DNA of 64,000 nucleotides from Acidimicrobiia bacterium (GTDB lineage Bacteria > Actinomycetota > Acidimicrobiia > Spongiisociales > ZC4RG35): assembly GCA_965203555.1 (NCBI GenBank), contig CBDBCY010000004.1:864001-928000 (forward strand), given 5' to 3'. Under the pieces are notes generated by a model, which was not told where the DNA came from, searched no databases, and saw only the letters and a list, made by a program, of their open reading frames with translations. Positions 39,192 to 50,224 of this stretch are shown one piece after another. The number at the start of each line of letters is the position of its first letter. The first letter of the stretch is position 1. Made by a program: the position numbers and the translations under genes.

Positions 39192-40672
39192 AGGGGCACC
39201 CCCGTCGGCGGCGCCAAGGCCGGAGGGGGAAGGGCGTCGAAACCTGCGATCCGTTCCACCTCCGCGGCCACGCCGAACATGACCTGCTCACCCAGGGCAG
39301 GCGCCATGACCTGGAGTCCGATCGGTAGGCCCCGTGAGTCAAGACCGATCGGGACCGATATGGCGGGGTGCCCCGAAAGGTTGGACGGAATAGTGCAAAT
39401 GTCGCTCAGATACATTGCCAAGGGGTCCTGGGTCCTCTCCCCCAATCGGAAAGCGGTGGTGGGACTGGTCGGAGACACCAGGACATCCACCTGCCGGTAT
39501 GCGTCATCGAACTCGTCTTGAAGGAGGGAACGGACCTTCTGCGCCTGCCCGTAGAAGGCATCGAAATAGCCGGCCGACAGTGCATAGGTACCCAGCAGTA
39601 TTCGTCGGATCACTTCCGATCCGAAGCCCTCGGCGCGGGTTGCGGCCATGGTGGCCGCCGCCGTGACTCTTTTGATCGAAAGTCCGTACCGCATACCGTC
39701 GAAACGGGCCAGATTGGCCGAGCACTCGGCGGGAGCTATCAGGTAGTAAGCGGACAACGCCACTTCGAACATGGGAAGGGAGACCTCCATCACCTCCGCG
39801 CCCCGTGCGGCCAGGCGGTTCAGCATCTGCTCGGTGGCCTCCGACACTTCGGCCTGATAGCCCTCCCCTGCCAGTTCCTTGACGACACCTACCTTCAGTC
39901 CCTCCACACCTGCATGCAAACCCGCCACGAAGTCGGGCAGTGGACCCGAGTAGGAGGTGGCGTCGGCCGGATCATGCCCCGCTACTGCGGACAGCAGCAC
40001 CGCCGCGTCAGTGACGGTGCGGGTGAGTGGTCCGATCTGATCAAGCGACGAGGCGAAGGCAACCAACCCGTACCTGCTCACCAACCCGTAGGTGGGTTTC
40101 ATCCCCACTATTCCACAGAGGGCGGCCGGTTGCCGGATCGAACCGCCCGTGTCCGAGCCCAAGGCAGCCAGAGCCGAACCCGCCGCCACCGCCGCGGCCG
40201 ATCCGCCCGAGGATCCCCCGGGTACCCGTTCCGTGTCCCATGGGTTGCGTGTCGGCCCATAGGCGGAGTTCTCAGTGGAACTCCCCATCGCGAATTCGTC
40301 AAGGTTGGTCTTACCCACTATGACCGCTCCCGCCTCACGCAAACGAGTAACCGCGGTGGCGTCATAGGGAGGGTGGTAACCGGCTAGGATTTGGGATGAA
40401 CAGGTGGTCTCCAGTCCCCGGGTGCACATGTTGTCCTTCACAGCCACGGGGATACCGTGGAGCGCTCCCCTGTCCACTCCCTTCTCCAACTCTTCATCGG
40501 CTTGAGCCGCCGCCTGCAGGGCGCCCTGCCGATCCAGGTTGAGATAGCAGTGCAGCTCGGATTCGGTCATCTCCGCCCGGGACAGAACGGAGGCCAGCAA
40601 CTCCACGGCCGTGGACTCTCCTGAACGCAGGGCGGCGCCTGCGCCGACGATGGTGCGGGGACCGGAGGACAT
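39188..40672 (-). CDS. gatA: Amidotransferase subunit A
   Basis: [37 protein letters not shown]. Confidence 0.98.
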   Translation of the reverse strand: MSSGPRTIVGAGAALRSGESTAVELLASVLSRAEMTESELHCYLNLDRQGALQAAAQADEELEKGVDRGALHGIPVAVKDNMCTRGLETTCSSQILAGYHPPYDATAVTRLREAGAVIVGKTNLDEFAMGSSTENSAYGPTRNPWDTERVPGGSSGGSAAAVAAGSALAALGSDTGGSIRQPAALCGIVGMKPTYGLVSRYGLVAFASSLDQIGPLTRTVTDAAVLLSAVAGHDPADATSYSGPLPDFVAGLHAGVEGLKVGVVKELAGEGYQAEVSEATEQMLNRLAARGAEVMEVSLPMFEVALSAYYLIAPAECSANLARFDGMRYGLSIKRVTAAATMAATRAEGFGSEVIRRILLGTYALSAGYFDAFYGQAQKVRSLLQDEFDDAYRQVDVLVSPTSPTTAFRLGERTQDPLAMYLSDICTIPSNLSGHPAISVPIGLDSRGLPIGLQVMAPALGEQVMFGVAAEVERIAGFDALPPPALAPPTGVPL

Positions 40673-40679
40673 CGCCCGG

Positions 40680-40964
40680 TCAGTCGAGCGCCGGGGGCGT
40701 TACAAAGAAGCCATCGCGGTTCTCCGGGGCCATCTCCAAAACTTCCTCCCGATCAAGCGACGCCCCAACTTCGTCGGGCCTGAAAACGTTGCTGGAACCC
40801 AAAGGATGCGAAAGGGGCATTATCCCGCCGGTATCTACCTCCTGCACCCGCGAAGCATGCTCCAGGATGACCCCCAGTTCCTGCCGGTACCGGTCGAGCT
40901 GTTCAGTCGACAGAGCCAGCCGGGCCAGGTTGGCGACATGGGCGACATCCACATCTATGGGCAT
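40680..40964 (-). CDS. gatC: Amidotransferase subunit C
   Basis: VAHVANLARL, FRPDE; position upstream of gatA. Confidence 0.95.
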   Translation of the reverse strand: MPIDVDVAHVANLARLALSTEQLDRYRQELGVILEHASRVQEVDTGGIMPLSHPLGSSNVFRPDEVGASLDREEVLEMAPENRDGFFVTPPALD

Positions 40965-41017
40965 AACGGAAGGAGTTTAGAAGAAAACCGAACACGCGAG
41001 TCGCTAGCTTGTTGGAC

Positions 41018-41347
41018 ATGAATAGCAACGCCACCGCATCCCGCGACTACCAACGCCTTCTGCTGGGGGTGGGCGTGCTCGGTCTGGCCGTAGCCGCTGC
41101 CGTTACCTGGTGGCAGGGCCAGCCGGAAACCGGGTCGGTGCTGTTGCGATCCTGCATCCTGCTGGCCGCGGTCTGGCTCGCCTATCCGGCTCTACGGTCC
41201 ACAAGATGGGGAGTGGTTCTGGCGGTGGCGGGCGGAGCGGTGCTGCTCTTGACCAGGTGGCGGTTGGTTGCCGGCATCATTCTGGCCACGCTGGGAGTGG
41301 CTCTTCTATGGGGACGAATCACGAGGAGGGGTAGACCCTCAAACTGA
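41018..41347 (+). CDS. Hypothetical small membrane protein
   Basis: 109 aa with several hydrophobic helices. Confidence 0.65.
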   Translation: MNSNATASRDYQRLLLGVGVLGLAVAAAVTWWQGQPETGSVLLRSCILLAAVWLAYPALRSTRWGVVLAVAGGAVLLLTRWRLVAGIILATLGVALLWGRITRRGRPSN

Positions 41348-41473
41348 GGGAACCCGTAAGTTCGAATGCATACGGGGAGTCGTTTCGGGTGCTGCCGTTC
41401 CTCTCCCCTCGAGATCACCCCACGCTTCCAACGACGTCACGGCAGTGGGCCATCTTCCTAGTCTTCCCCATTG

Positions 41474-42490
41474 ATGAGTAATCCCCCGGTGGACCGGCAG
41501 CCTCCCTTTCCGGTTTGGTTCGAGCGCGCCTACTGGCCGGGGATGGACGAAGTGCGAGGGATGGGAATAGAGGTGCTCAGTCCCGGAGATGCCCGGGACC
41601 CGTATCACGGCGTGGAAGAGGCTGTCGCCATCGTGGCCGGGGTTCTCCGGTACGACCGGCAGGTGATGGACAGGGCGCCGAAACTGACGGTGATTGCCCG
41701 CACCGGAATCGGCTACGACGGAGTGAACCTGGTGGACGCCACCCGGCGAAATATCTATGTCTGCAATACCCCCGATGGCCCGACCATCCCCACCGCCGAG
41801 CATGCCATCGCCTTGATTCTGGCTGCGGCCAAGCGACTTGCGGCCATACAGCATCACCTGCGGCAGGGAGATCGGACCAGCATAAAGGCCCATTCCTCGG
41901 TGGAACTTTTCGGCAAGGTGTTGGGGTTGGTGGGGTTCGGTCGGATCGCCCGTCGGGTAGCGGCCGCCGCCCAAGCCCTGGGAATGAACGTCATCTCCTA
42001 TGACCCGTACCTGACGGACCAACAGTTCGCAAATGTGACCCGGTCGACAGGGCTGGAAGAGATGTTGGCCTCAGCCGATGTGGTCTCCATTCATATCCCC
42101 CTCACCGAACAGTCGCGACGCATGTTCGACCTACAGACCCTCTCGGGTATGAAGCGGGGCGCCATCCTCGTCAACACCGCCCGGGGTGGGCTGGTCGACA
42201 CCGAAGCCCTGTTGCAAGCGATCACCTCCGGACAACTAGGGGCCGCGGCGCTGGATGTTACCGACCCCGAACCTCTCCCGGTCGATCATCCCCTGTTGCA
42301 CCTCGACAACGTTCTGATCACCCCTCATGTTGCTTCCTGGACACAGGAAGCCAAACGTCGCATGCTGATGGGAGCCGTCGATCGGGTCCTGGAAGTGCTG
42401 ACCGGGCGCCAACCTGTCAATGTGGTCAACCCTGAAGTGCTCGGTCGATTGAACCTCAAACCGCAAGGAGCATTTGAAGTCTCGTCATGA
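41474..42490 (+). CDS. D-isomer-specific 2-hydroxyacid dehydrogenase
   Basis: GIGYD, TAEHA, GFGRIA, VNTARGG, LDVTDPEP, TPHVA. Confidence 0.92.
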   Translation: MSNPPVDRQPPFPVWFERAYWPGMDEVRGMGIEVLSPGDARDPYHGVEEAVAIVAGVLRYDRQVMDRAPKLTVIARTGIGYDGVNLVDATRRNIYVCNTPDGPTIPTAEHAIALILAAAKRLAAIQHHLRQGDRTSIKAHSSVELFGKVLGLVGFGRIARRVAAAAQALGMNVISYDPYLTDQQFANVTRSTGLEEMLASADVVSIHIPLTEQSRRMFDLQTLSGMKRGAILVNTARGGLVDTEALLQAITSGQLGAAALDVTDPEPLPVDHPLLHLDNVLITPHVASWTQEAKRRMLMGAVDRVLEVLTGRQPVNVVNPEVLGRLNLKPQGAFEVSS

Positions 42491-43668
42491 CGCACTTTCA
42501 CATCGACCCCAAGCGTCCGGGCATCGGTCTGATTGGCTTCGGCTGGATGGGGCAATCTCACAGCCGCGCCTATCGGAACATCGAGGTTTACTTCCCCGAC
42601 AGCGACATCCAACCGAGATTGGTGGCCATGGCCGACCCCGTCCCCGAGCGGGTAGAGACAGCAGTGGGACATTTCGGATACGAGCGGGGGTACCCGGACT
42701 GGGAAGAAGTGCTCAACCACCCTGAAGTGGACGTAGTGGACATCACCGCCCCCAATTCCATGCACCGGGTAATCGCTGAGGCAGCGGCCCGGGCCGGGAA
42801 GGCCGTCTTCTGTGAAAAGCCGGTGGGGGAACACCCAGAGGACACCGGCGCCATAGCCCGGGCAATCCGCGCCGCAGGGGTCTTTTCGGGGTGCGGTTAC
42901 AACTATCGGTGGGCGCCCTTGGTGCAACATGTGCACACCCTGATCGAAGAGGGTCGGTTCGGCAGACTGACTCACTATCGGGGACGCTTCTTCTCCATGT
43001 ACGGTCGCGATCCCCTTTCCCTTCTGACTTGGCGATTCACCGACAGATCGCGTTACGGGACATTGACCGACATAATGTCCCACGCCATAGACATGGCGCT
43101 TTTTTTGTGCGGACCCATCCAGAGGGTGGTGGCAACCCGGGAGACCTTCATCACCCACAGGCCGATACCGGTCCCCGGCAGTGGCACCCACTACGACCTG
43201 GGCTCTCCGGAGGACCCCAAGGGACCGGTGACCAACGAGGACTACGTCGGGGCCTTGGTGGAATTCCAGAACGGCGCCCGGGGGACCCTTGAGGCCGACC
43301 GCACCATTTTCGGTCCACAGAGCGACATGGCGTTCGAACTGAACGGGACCAAGGGGGCCGCCTCCTGGACACACGAGAAACTCAACGCCCTGGAGCTCTA
43401 TCTACCCGAAGAACAGCCGGTGGACGGGTTCATCCAGGTCCTGGCAGGAGATTGGCTTCCCCACCAGGGACACATCGTGCCCGGAAACGGGAACTCGATC
43501 GGCTACGAAGCTATGAAGCTCATCGAGTTGTACGAGTTCCTCCGGGCGATCGCCTCTCATTCCCCCTTCTCACCGGATTTCGAAGAGGCGGCCGACGTGG
43601 CCAGGGTCCAGTCGGCTATGGCCCGCTCCTGGGAGTCGGGCGCCTGGGAGAAGATAGGGGAGATCTAA
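42487..43668 (+). CDS. Gfo/Idh/MocA oxidoreductase (inositol dehydrogenase-like)
   Basis: IGFGWMGQSH, CEKP, DIMSHAID; adjacent to the iol cluster. Confidence 0.88.
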   Translation: MTHFHIDPKRPGIGLIGFGWMGQSHSRAYRNIEVYFPDSDIQPRLVAMADPVPERVETAVGHFGYERGYPDWEEVLNHPEVDVVDITAPNSMHRVIAEAAARAGKAVFCEKPVGEHPEDTGAIARAIRAAGVFSGCGYNYRWAPLVQHVHTLIEEGRFGRLTHYRGRFFSMYGRDPLSLLTWRFTDRSRYGTLTDIMSHAIDMALFLCGPIQRVVATRETFITHRPIPVPGSGTHYDLGSPEDPKGPVTNEDYVGALVEFQNGARGTLEADRTIFGPQSDMAFELNGTKGAASWTHEKLNALELYLPEEQPVDGFIQVLAGDWLPHQGHIVPGNGNSIGYEAMKLIELYEFLRAIASHSPFSPDFEEAADVARVQSAMARSWESGAWEKIGEI

Positions 43669-43681
43669 ACCGCCGAGTTGT

Positions 43682-44959
43682 TCAAAGGACCGGGGCAGCG
43701 AACAGAACGCCTCCGAACAGAAGCCAAGCCACCAGGAGGGTCCACAGGATATTGACGCCTTGGGCAACCAGGAACCCGGCCGCGGGTCGGCCTCCCTCCA
43801 TCGACACCAGGTCCCGGAACCGCGTCTCCAAGCCGATACACAGGAAAGCGAGGGAAAACCACCACGTACGCAGGCCCCTCAGCAAATCCTCCGTGGAGTC
43901 GACCACTTCCGCACTCAGCAGAAAAGAAAACACCACAGAGGCAACCATGAAGCCCAGCACGAATTTGGGAAACCGGTCCCAGATCACCTTTGCCGTGGGT
44001 CTTTGGTCGCTGCGGCCATCGCCCCGGAAGGCCCACCACAGGGATATCGCAAAAGCGGCCAGACCGAGAAGAGCGTTTTGGGAGAATTTGACAATGACCG
44101 CCGCGTTTAGAGCGGAGTCGCCAAGGATCTCACCTGAAGCCACCACTGCGCCGGAGGTGTCGATGGTCCCTCCCAGCCAGGCGCCGGCCACCACCCGGGA
44201 CAAACCCAGGGACTCGGCCAGCGGCGGCATGAAGATCGCCATCGGGGCAGCGACGATCAACACCAGCGAGGTGACGTAGGACAGTTTCTTCCGGTCACCT
44301 GCCACTGCTCCGCATGCCGCGATAGCTGCAGAAACCCCACAGATCGAGACGGCAGTGGCCAACATGACCGAAAACTCCTTGTCAACCCGAATCCGGCGCG
44401 AGAACCAGTAACAAAAGCGCCAGACAACCACTATGACCAGCAAGGCTTGGCCGAGGCCGAACAGACCTGCTCGCAGTATGTCACCAAAGATGATTCCGGC
44501 GCCGAGAATCACCAGCCCGGTCTTTATGTAGTACTCCGTTCGGACTGCATCTCTCATCCACGACGGGACCGAGCCCAGGTTCGAGATGAGCAGGCCCACC
44601 ACCAGAGAAACGATCACGTAGCTGATCCCCCATTCCTTGAGAAGCGGGGCGCCGGCAACCACCTGGCAGACCCATGCGAGGAGAAATACCGCCGGAAAGC
44701 CGACGAGATGGTAACGAAGGGGCTCTCCCATGGCCTTGATTCCCGCCGCCGAAATGGTGAGCAGCAGGAGACCTACCACCAGCACGGCTCCGAGATTGGC
44801 CGGAGAGAGGGTTTGCGCCAAAGAACCATCCCTCCAAGAGAACGAAGGCATGACAGGCCGCACCCCCACCAAGATCAACACGATCAATGCGCCGCCCACC
44901 CACACGGACACCCAGTCCTCTGACCGGACCAAGGGTTTATTGCGGGAAGATTCGCTCAT
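43682..44959 (-). CDS. YeiH family putative sulfate exporter
   Basis: EYYIKTGLVILG, VSICGVSAAIA, GGTID, PKFVLGF; start uncertain (44959 or 45004). Confidence 0.85.
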   Translation of the reverse strand: MSESSRNKPLVRSEDWVSVWVGGALIVLILVGVRPVMPSFSWRDGSLAQTLSPANLGAVLVVGLLLLTISAAGIKAMGEPLRYHLVGFPAVFLLAWVCQVVAGAPLLKEWGISYVIVSLVVGLLISNLGSVPSWMRDAVRTEYYIKTGLVILGAGIIFGDILRAGLFGLGQALLVIVVVWRFCYWFSRRIRVDKEFSVMLATAVSICGVSAAIAACGAVAGDRKKLSYVTSLVLIVAAPMAIFMPPLAESLGLSRVVAGAWLGGTIDTSGAVVASGEILGDSALNAAVIVKFSQNALLGLAAFAISLWWAFRGDGRSDQRPTAKVIWDRFPKFVLGFMVASVVFSFLLSAEVVDSTEDLLRGLRTWWFSLAFLCIGLETRFRDLVSMEGGRPAAGFLVAQGVNILWTLLVAWLLFGGVLFAAPVL

Positions 44960-45352
44960 CGAAATACGCAGCCCTTCTTTGTTGTCAGGGCCTTCCGACA
45001 CCATGTTATCCGGTATTGCTGTTACCCGTATTGCCCGTGTGGGCGCCAAGAGTCATGGCATCCACCACAGCAGTCACCGTCGGGCGACAACCGTCCGATA
45101 TCATCACGCAAAACCGAAAGAACGGAGGGGCTTGCAGCCTGGGAAAGCAGTTCAACGATCAGCAACCCGCCCACCCCCTTCCATTGAAAAGGACCCCGGT
45201 TTTGGAGGATGACCAGTGGTGAATAATGTAGAATTCGCCGAGACCCGATCCGTGGGATCGGGAACTCTGGAAGCGGTTGGCTGGTTTACTCCCGAGGAGG
45301 ACAGCGCAACCGGGGAGACGCCCAGGGGATACAACCGAGGAGACGACTGAGC

Positions 45353-47194
45353 ATGGAGACGATCCGGCTGACTATGGCGCAAGCCGTGGTTAAGTGGCTT
45401 ATTGCCCAAAACACCGTGATCGACGGAGAGACAGTACCGATGTTTCCCGGTGTCTTCGCCATCTTCGGACACGGCAACGTCAGTTGCCTGGGCGAGGCCC
45501 TTCAACCGGTCTCCGACCAACTCCCCACCTGGCGGGGACAGAACGAGCAAGGTATGGCCCTGGCTGCCATGGCTTTCGCCAAGGCTCGTCGCCGCCGCCA
45601 GATCATGGTGGCGGCGGCCTCGATAGGTCCGGGATGCACCAACATGATCACCGCCGCGGCCGCAGCCCACGCCAACCGGCTTCCCGTCCTGTTGTTCAGC
45701 GGCGACACCTTCACCCATCGGATTGTCGATCCGGTCTTGCAGCAGGTGGAAAACTTCGATGATCCCACCGTCACCGTGTGCGACGCCTTCCGCCCCGTCT
45801 CCCGGTACTGGGATCGCATCACCCGACCGGAGCAGATCGTCCAATCCCTGCCACAGGCGCTGGGCGTCATGCTGGATCCGGCCGACTGCGGCCCGGCTTT
45901 CATCGCCCTTCCCCAGGACGTTCAGTCCGAGGCTTACAACTATCCGGCCGCTTTCTTCGCCGAGCGCGTTCACTACATCCGCCGCCCGGCCCCCGATCCC
46001 AGGGATACCGCGGCCGCCGCCGCCCTGATCGCGGAGGCTCAACAGCCGCTGATCATCGCCGGAGGGGGCGTCCACTACTCCGATGCCTGCCGGGAACTCG
46101 CCGACTTCGCAATACGAAGGGGCATACCGGTGGTGGAGACGGTGGCCGGAAAGTCAGTGATGGAGCACAGCCATCCCAACTACGCGGGGACGATCGGCGT
46201 CATCGGGGGCGCCTCGGCCAATTACCTGGCTGCCCAGGCCGATCTGGTGATTGCCGTGGGCACCCGGCTGCAGGACTTCACCACCGGCTCGTGGACCGCC
46301 TTCCAACGCCCCGAGGTGCGGTTCGTGTCCATCAACGCCGCCCGCTGGGACGCGCTCAAGCAGCACTCCCAAGCAGTCATAGGCGACGCTCGGGTGGGCT
46401 TGGCGGCGATCGACAGCCGGCTGGGGAGCTACCGGGCGCCCGCGGAGTGGCTGGAGACCAGCCGGACCCGCACGGACAGGTGGAACTCCTACCTGGACGG
46501 TTGGCTGGCCCGGTCCGACTCTCCTCCGGCGTACCAATCGGTGATCCAAACCATATTGGAGGTCAGCGACCCCGACGACTACTGCCTCTCGGCGGCAGGC
46601 GGTCTTCCCGGAGAACTCAACATGGGTTGGCGATCGAAGGCGGTCGGAACCTTCGACTGCGAGTTCGGTTATTCCACGATGGGATATGAAATCTCCGGCG
46701 CCTGGGGGGCCAAGATGGCGCTCCCGGACCGGGACGTGCTGACCTGGGTGGGCGACGGAGGCTATCTGATGATGAACTCCGACCTCTATTCCAGCGTATT
46801 CAGCGGTCACAAAATAATCATGATCGTGTGCGACAACGGCGGATTCGCCGTCATCAACCGGCTGCAGATCAACGCCGGAGGAGAGGAGTTCAACAACCTC
46901 TTTTCCTCCTCGCGGCATGAGAGGATGACTCGAGTTGACTTCGTGGAACATGCCCGCTCGATGGGCGCCCTGGCGGAACGGGTGGAACGACTGGACCAGT
47001 TGTCCGGCGCATACCGGCGGGCCAAGGAAGCGGATCGCACCTACGTGATAGTGATCGAGACACATCCTTACCAGTGGGGGGAGGGCGGCGCCTGGTGGGA
47101 GGTGGGCATACCCGAGGTGAGCGAACGGGAACTGGTGAGAGTAGCCCGCGGCCAATCCGAGGCGGAACGGAAACATCAGCGAGTAGGTATATAG
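45353..47194 (+). CDS. iolD: 3D-(3,5/4)-trihydroxycyclohexane-1,2-dione acylhydrolase
   Basis: RLTMAQA, IFGHGNV, NEQGMA, GTRLQDFTTGS, GYSTMGYE, VGDG ThDP motif. Confidence 0.96.
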   Translation: METIRLTMAQAVVKWLIAQNTVIDGETVPMFPGVFAIFGHGNVSCLGEALQPVSDQLPTWRGQNEQGMALAAMAFAKARRRRQIMVAAASIGPGCTNMITAAAAAHANRLPVLLFSGDTFTHRIVDPVLQQVENFDDPTVTVCDAFRPVSRYWDRITRPEQIVQSLPQALGVMLDPADCGPAFIALPQDVQSEAYNYPAAFFAERVHYIRRPAPDPRDTAAAAALIAEAQQPLIIAGGGVHYSDACRELADFAIRRGIPVVETVAGKSVMEHSHPNYAGTIGVIGGASANYLAAQADLVIAVGTRLQDFTTGSWTAFQRPEVRFVSINAARWDALKQHSQAVIGDARVGLAAIDSRLGSYRAPAEWLETSRTRTDRWNSYLDGWLARSDSPPAYQSVIQTILEVSDPDDYCLSAAGGLPGELNMGWRSKAVGTFDCEFGYSTMGYEISGAWGAKMALPDRDVLTWVGDGGYLMMNSDLYSSVFSGHKIIMIVCDNGGFAVINRLQINAGGEEFNNLFSSSRHERMTRVDFVEHARSMGALAERVERLDQLSGAYRRAKEADRTYVIVIETHPYQWGEGGAWWEVGIPEVSERELVRVARGQSEAERKHQRVGI

Positions 47195-47213
47195 ACCTCC
47201 CTTTTCTGAAATC

Positions 47214-48026
47214 ATGCGGCCTTTCGACAAGAAGATTGCAGTAATAACCGGAAGCACCTCCGGCATGGGAGAGGCAACTGCCCGTCTGATGGCCGAGCGG
47301 GGAGCAGAAGGCATCCTGGTGTCCGGGCGTGATCGCCTCCGTGGAGAAAAGGTGGTCCGGTCCCTGCTTTGCCACGGGACCAGGGCTGCATTCGTAGCCG
47401 CCGACCTGTCGGAACCCGACGCCTACCTCGAGGTAATCCGGTCTGCCGACCGGTGCTTCGGGCGGATTGACATTCTGGTCAACAGCGCAGGGAGCACAGC
47501 GCGAGGGTCCATCGAATCAACGACGATGGATCAATGGGACGAGATGATGGCGATTAACCTGCGGTCTCCCTTCTTCCTCATGCAGGAAACGGTTCGCATC
47601 ATGCGGCGGGAAGGAAACGGCGGCACCATCGTCAACGTCGGGTCTATCGCCGCACACGGCGGACAACCCCACATCGCCCCTTATTCCGCCTCCAAGGCGG
47701 CTCTCGCCGCGTTGACCCGCAACATCGCGTACGCGGTGATGCCCCACCGGATCAGGGTCAATTGTCTTCAGCCCGGCTGGTCGGACACTCCCGCCGAGGA
47801 CAAAGTGCAAAGAAGAGGCGGCGCCGATGAGGACTGGCTGGCCAAAGCCGAGGCACGCTCACCGTTCGGCAGACTTCTGAAAGTCGGAGAAATAGCCGAA
47901 GCCATAGGGTTCCTGGCTTCCGACGCCTCGGGGCTGATGACCGGGGCGGTCATCGACTACGACCAGACGGTGCGCGGCGCGGGAAGACCGCCCCAACCCC
48001 CTCCTCGAACCGGAGCGGCCCGATGA
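47214..48026 (+). CDS. Short-chain dehydrogenase/reductase
   Basis: TGSTSGMG, NSAG, YSASK. Confidence 0.92.
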   Translation: MRPFDKKIAVITGSTSGMGEATARLMAERGAEGILVSGRDRLRGEKVVRSLLCHGTRAAFVAADLSEPDAYLEVIRSADRCFGRIDILVNSAGSTARGSIESTTMDQWDEMMAINLRSPFFLMQETVRIMRREGNGGTIVNVGSIAAHGGQPHIAPYSASKAALAALTRNIAYAVMPHRIRVNCLQPGWSDTPAEDKVQRRGGADEDWLAKAEARSPFGRLLKVGEIAEAIGFLASDASGLMTGAVIDYDQTVRGAGRPPQPPPRTGAAR

Positions 48027-48922
48027 TTCCCCTGGCGGACCGAATCGCGGGAGCGCCCATCACCTGGGGTGTCGACGGGTCTCCCGGATGGGGTTTTCTT
48101 CTTCCAAGAAGCCGGGTCCTGGAGGAAATGGCTTCCATCGGACTTTCCGCCACCGAATTGGGACCGGACGGTTTTCTGGGTAAGACCCCCGAGGAAGCCC
48201 GGGAGAACGCTTCATCGGCGGGGCTATCGGTGGTCGGGGGGTTCGTGCCCCTGCTGCTCCATCTCCCCGCCCACGTCAAAGAACAGTCGGCCTATGCCGA
48301 CCGTGCGATCAAGACTCTCTCAGCGTGCGGATCGCAGATCATGGTGCTCGGTCCGGAGCTTCCCCAGTACGGCTATGACCTCTCACAGGACCTGAGCCCC
48401 GCCCATTGGACGACCTTCGACAGGAACCTGAAGAGATTGATAGGACAAGCGGGGGAAGAGGGACTGGAAGTGGCCCTGCATCAGCATTGGGGAATGGCGG
48501 TGGAGAAACTTCAACATCTGGAGCGGGTTCTATCCAGCACCGAGGTGTCTTTGTGCCTGGACACCGGTCACATGTTCCTGGCGGGAATCGACCCGCTGGA
48601 GATAGCCAGTGCGGCGCCCGATCGGGTCGCCCATGTCCATCTCAAGGACGTGGACGAAGCCTCCGCCGCCCGGGTCCGGGCGAGAGAAATCACTTTCCGA
48701 CAGGGCGTGAAGACCGGATTGTTTCGACCTTTGGGTTTAGGGGACGTGGATATCGGTGGGGTGATAACCACCCTGGAGAAGGCCGGATATCAAGGCTGGT
48801 ACGTTCTCGAGCAGGACAAGATCCTCGGAGAGGCGCCCCAGTCCCGCCGAGGCCCCATTGAGGACGCCGAGACAAGTACCCGGTATCTGTTGGAACTGGC
48901 AAAGCTGATCGAGAGACCATGA
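48023..48922 (+). CDS. iolE: Myo-inosose-2 dehydratase-like TIM barrel
   Basis: AGAPITWGV, TELGP, CLDTGH, HVHLKD, VLEQD; iol context. Confidence 0.8.
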   Translation: MIPLADRIAGAPITWGVDGSPGWGFLLPRSRVLEEMASIGLSATELGPDGFLGKTPEEARENASSAGLSVVGGFVPLLLHLPAHVKEQSAYADRAIKTLSACGSQIMVLGPELPQYGYDLSQDLSPAHWTTFDRNLKRLIGQAGEEGLEVALHQHWGMAVEKLQHLERVLSSTEVSLCLDTGHMFLAGIDPLEIASAAPDRVAHVHLKDVDEASAARVRAREITFRQGVKTGLFRPLGLGDVDIGGVITTLEKAGYQGWYVLEQDKILGEAPQSRRGPIEDAETSTRYLLELAKLIERP

Positions 48923-48945
48923 AAGAAAAAGAGTTGCGGAGCATA

Positions 48946-49018
48946 TTGAGTGTTCCGCCTCGCCTATATACTGACAACAGTTGTTGCCTCTGTGGTAAGC
49001 AAACCCCTATTTGCTTAC
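48946..49018 (+). promoter_or_regulatory. Putative promoter with two inverted repeats upstream of the inositol SBP
   Basis: TATACT at 48967; CAACA-gt-TGTTG; perfect GTAAGCAAA-N6-TTTGCTTAC (48995-49018). Confidence 0.5.
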
Positions 49019-49064
49019 GACGGATGGACTATGCGCAACCGTTCACGAAAGGAGACGAGTCCTT

Positions 49065-50111
49065 ATGAGAAGCAAATATCTGGTGACCGTTCTCGCGGCA
49101 ATGGCCCTGATAATGGCCGCCTGCGGCGGAGACGACGCGGCGGAGACCACCGCCGCGCCCGACACCACCGCGGCCGCCACCCAGGAAACCTCCGCCCCGG
49201 AACCCACCACCGCCCCCGCTGATGCAGTCGCCCAGCGCGACCTCAGCTTCGTAGTGGTTTCCCACGGCCAGTCCTCCGACCCCTTCTGGTCGGTGGCCGC
49301 CAACGGTGTGAAAGCTGCCGAGGAGGACATGGGCGTGTCGGTGGTGTACCAGGCCCCCGGTACCTTCGACATGGCCGAGATGGCACAGATCATCGACGCG
49401 GCGGTGGCCTCACAGCCCGACGGTTTGGTGGTGACCATTCCTGACGCCGACGCATTGGGCCCAAGCATCCGCGCCGCAGTGGACGCCGGCATCCCGGTGA
49501 TCTCCATGAACTCCGGTTCTGATGTCTTCGCCGATCTCGGCGTGCTGGTTCATGTGGGTCAGACCGAGTACGAAGCCGGTCTTATCGCCGGACAGGAAAT
49601 GGGAGCGATGGGAGTGGGCAACGCACTCTGCATCAACCAGGAAGTCGGGAACGCCGCGCTCGACGCCCGCTGTCAGGGCTTCAGCGACGGACTGGGCGGC
49701 GACGTGGAAGTCATCCCCGTCGACTTGGCCGACCCCACCGGCGCGCAGGCCGCCATAGAGGGCGCCCTGTCGTCCCGTAGTCCCGACGGCGTTTTGGCCC
49801 TCGGTCCGACCGGCGCCATCCCGGCCTTGAACGCCATGGAGAACCTGGGCATGCTGGGCCAAGTGGAACTGGCGACTTTCGACCTAGGTCCCGAAGTGCT
49901 GGAAGCCATCGGCGCCGGCGATATGGCGTTCGCCATCGACCAGTACCAGTACGCGCAGGGTTACCTGCCGATCGTGCTCCTGACCATGTTCCACGAGACC
50001 GGCGGACTCCCGCTCGGTTCCGTCGACAGGGTCGTGCTGACCGGACCGCAGTTGGTGACCTCCGAAAATGCCGCTGACGTGATCTCCTACTCAGAAGAGG
50101 GATTGCGTTAG
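49065..50111 (+). CDS. Sugar (inositol) ABC transporter substrate-binding lipoprotein (CUT2)
   Basis: MAAC lipobox, Thr/Ala linker, [29 protein letters not shown]. Confidence 0.9.
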   Translation: MRSKYLVTVLAAMALIMAACGGDDAAETTAAPDTTAAATQETSAPEPTTAPADAVAQRDLSFVVVSHGQSSDPFWSVAANGVKAAEEDMGVSVVYQAPGTFDMAEMAQIIDAAVASQPDGLVVTIPDADALGPSIRAAVDAGIPVISMNSGSDVFADLGVLVHVGQTEYEAGLIAGQEMGAMGVGNALCINQEVGNAALDARCQGFSDGLGGDVEVIPVDLADPTGAQAAIEGALSSRSPDGVLALGPTGAIPALNAMENLGMLGQVELATFDLGPEVLEAIGAGDMAFAIDQYQYAQGYLPIVLLTMFHETGGLPLGSVDRVVLTGPQLVTSENAADVISYSEEGLR

Positions 50112-50133
50112 GGACGCAAACAATTCAAACCTA

Positions 50134-50166
50134 AAAGGGAGGCCGTTTACCGGCCTCCCTTTGTTA
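50134..50166 (+). terminator. Stem-loop after the SBP gene
   Basis: aaagggaggccg-tttac-cggcctcccttt followed by gtt. Confidence 0.8.
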
Positions 50167-50224
50167 TTGCCTGCTAGCTTTACGGAACGGAGACCAAGGA
50201 GACGAGACCAAAGGAGGTTGTTCC

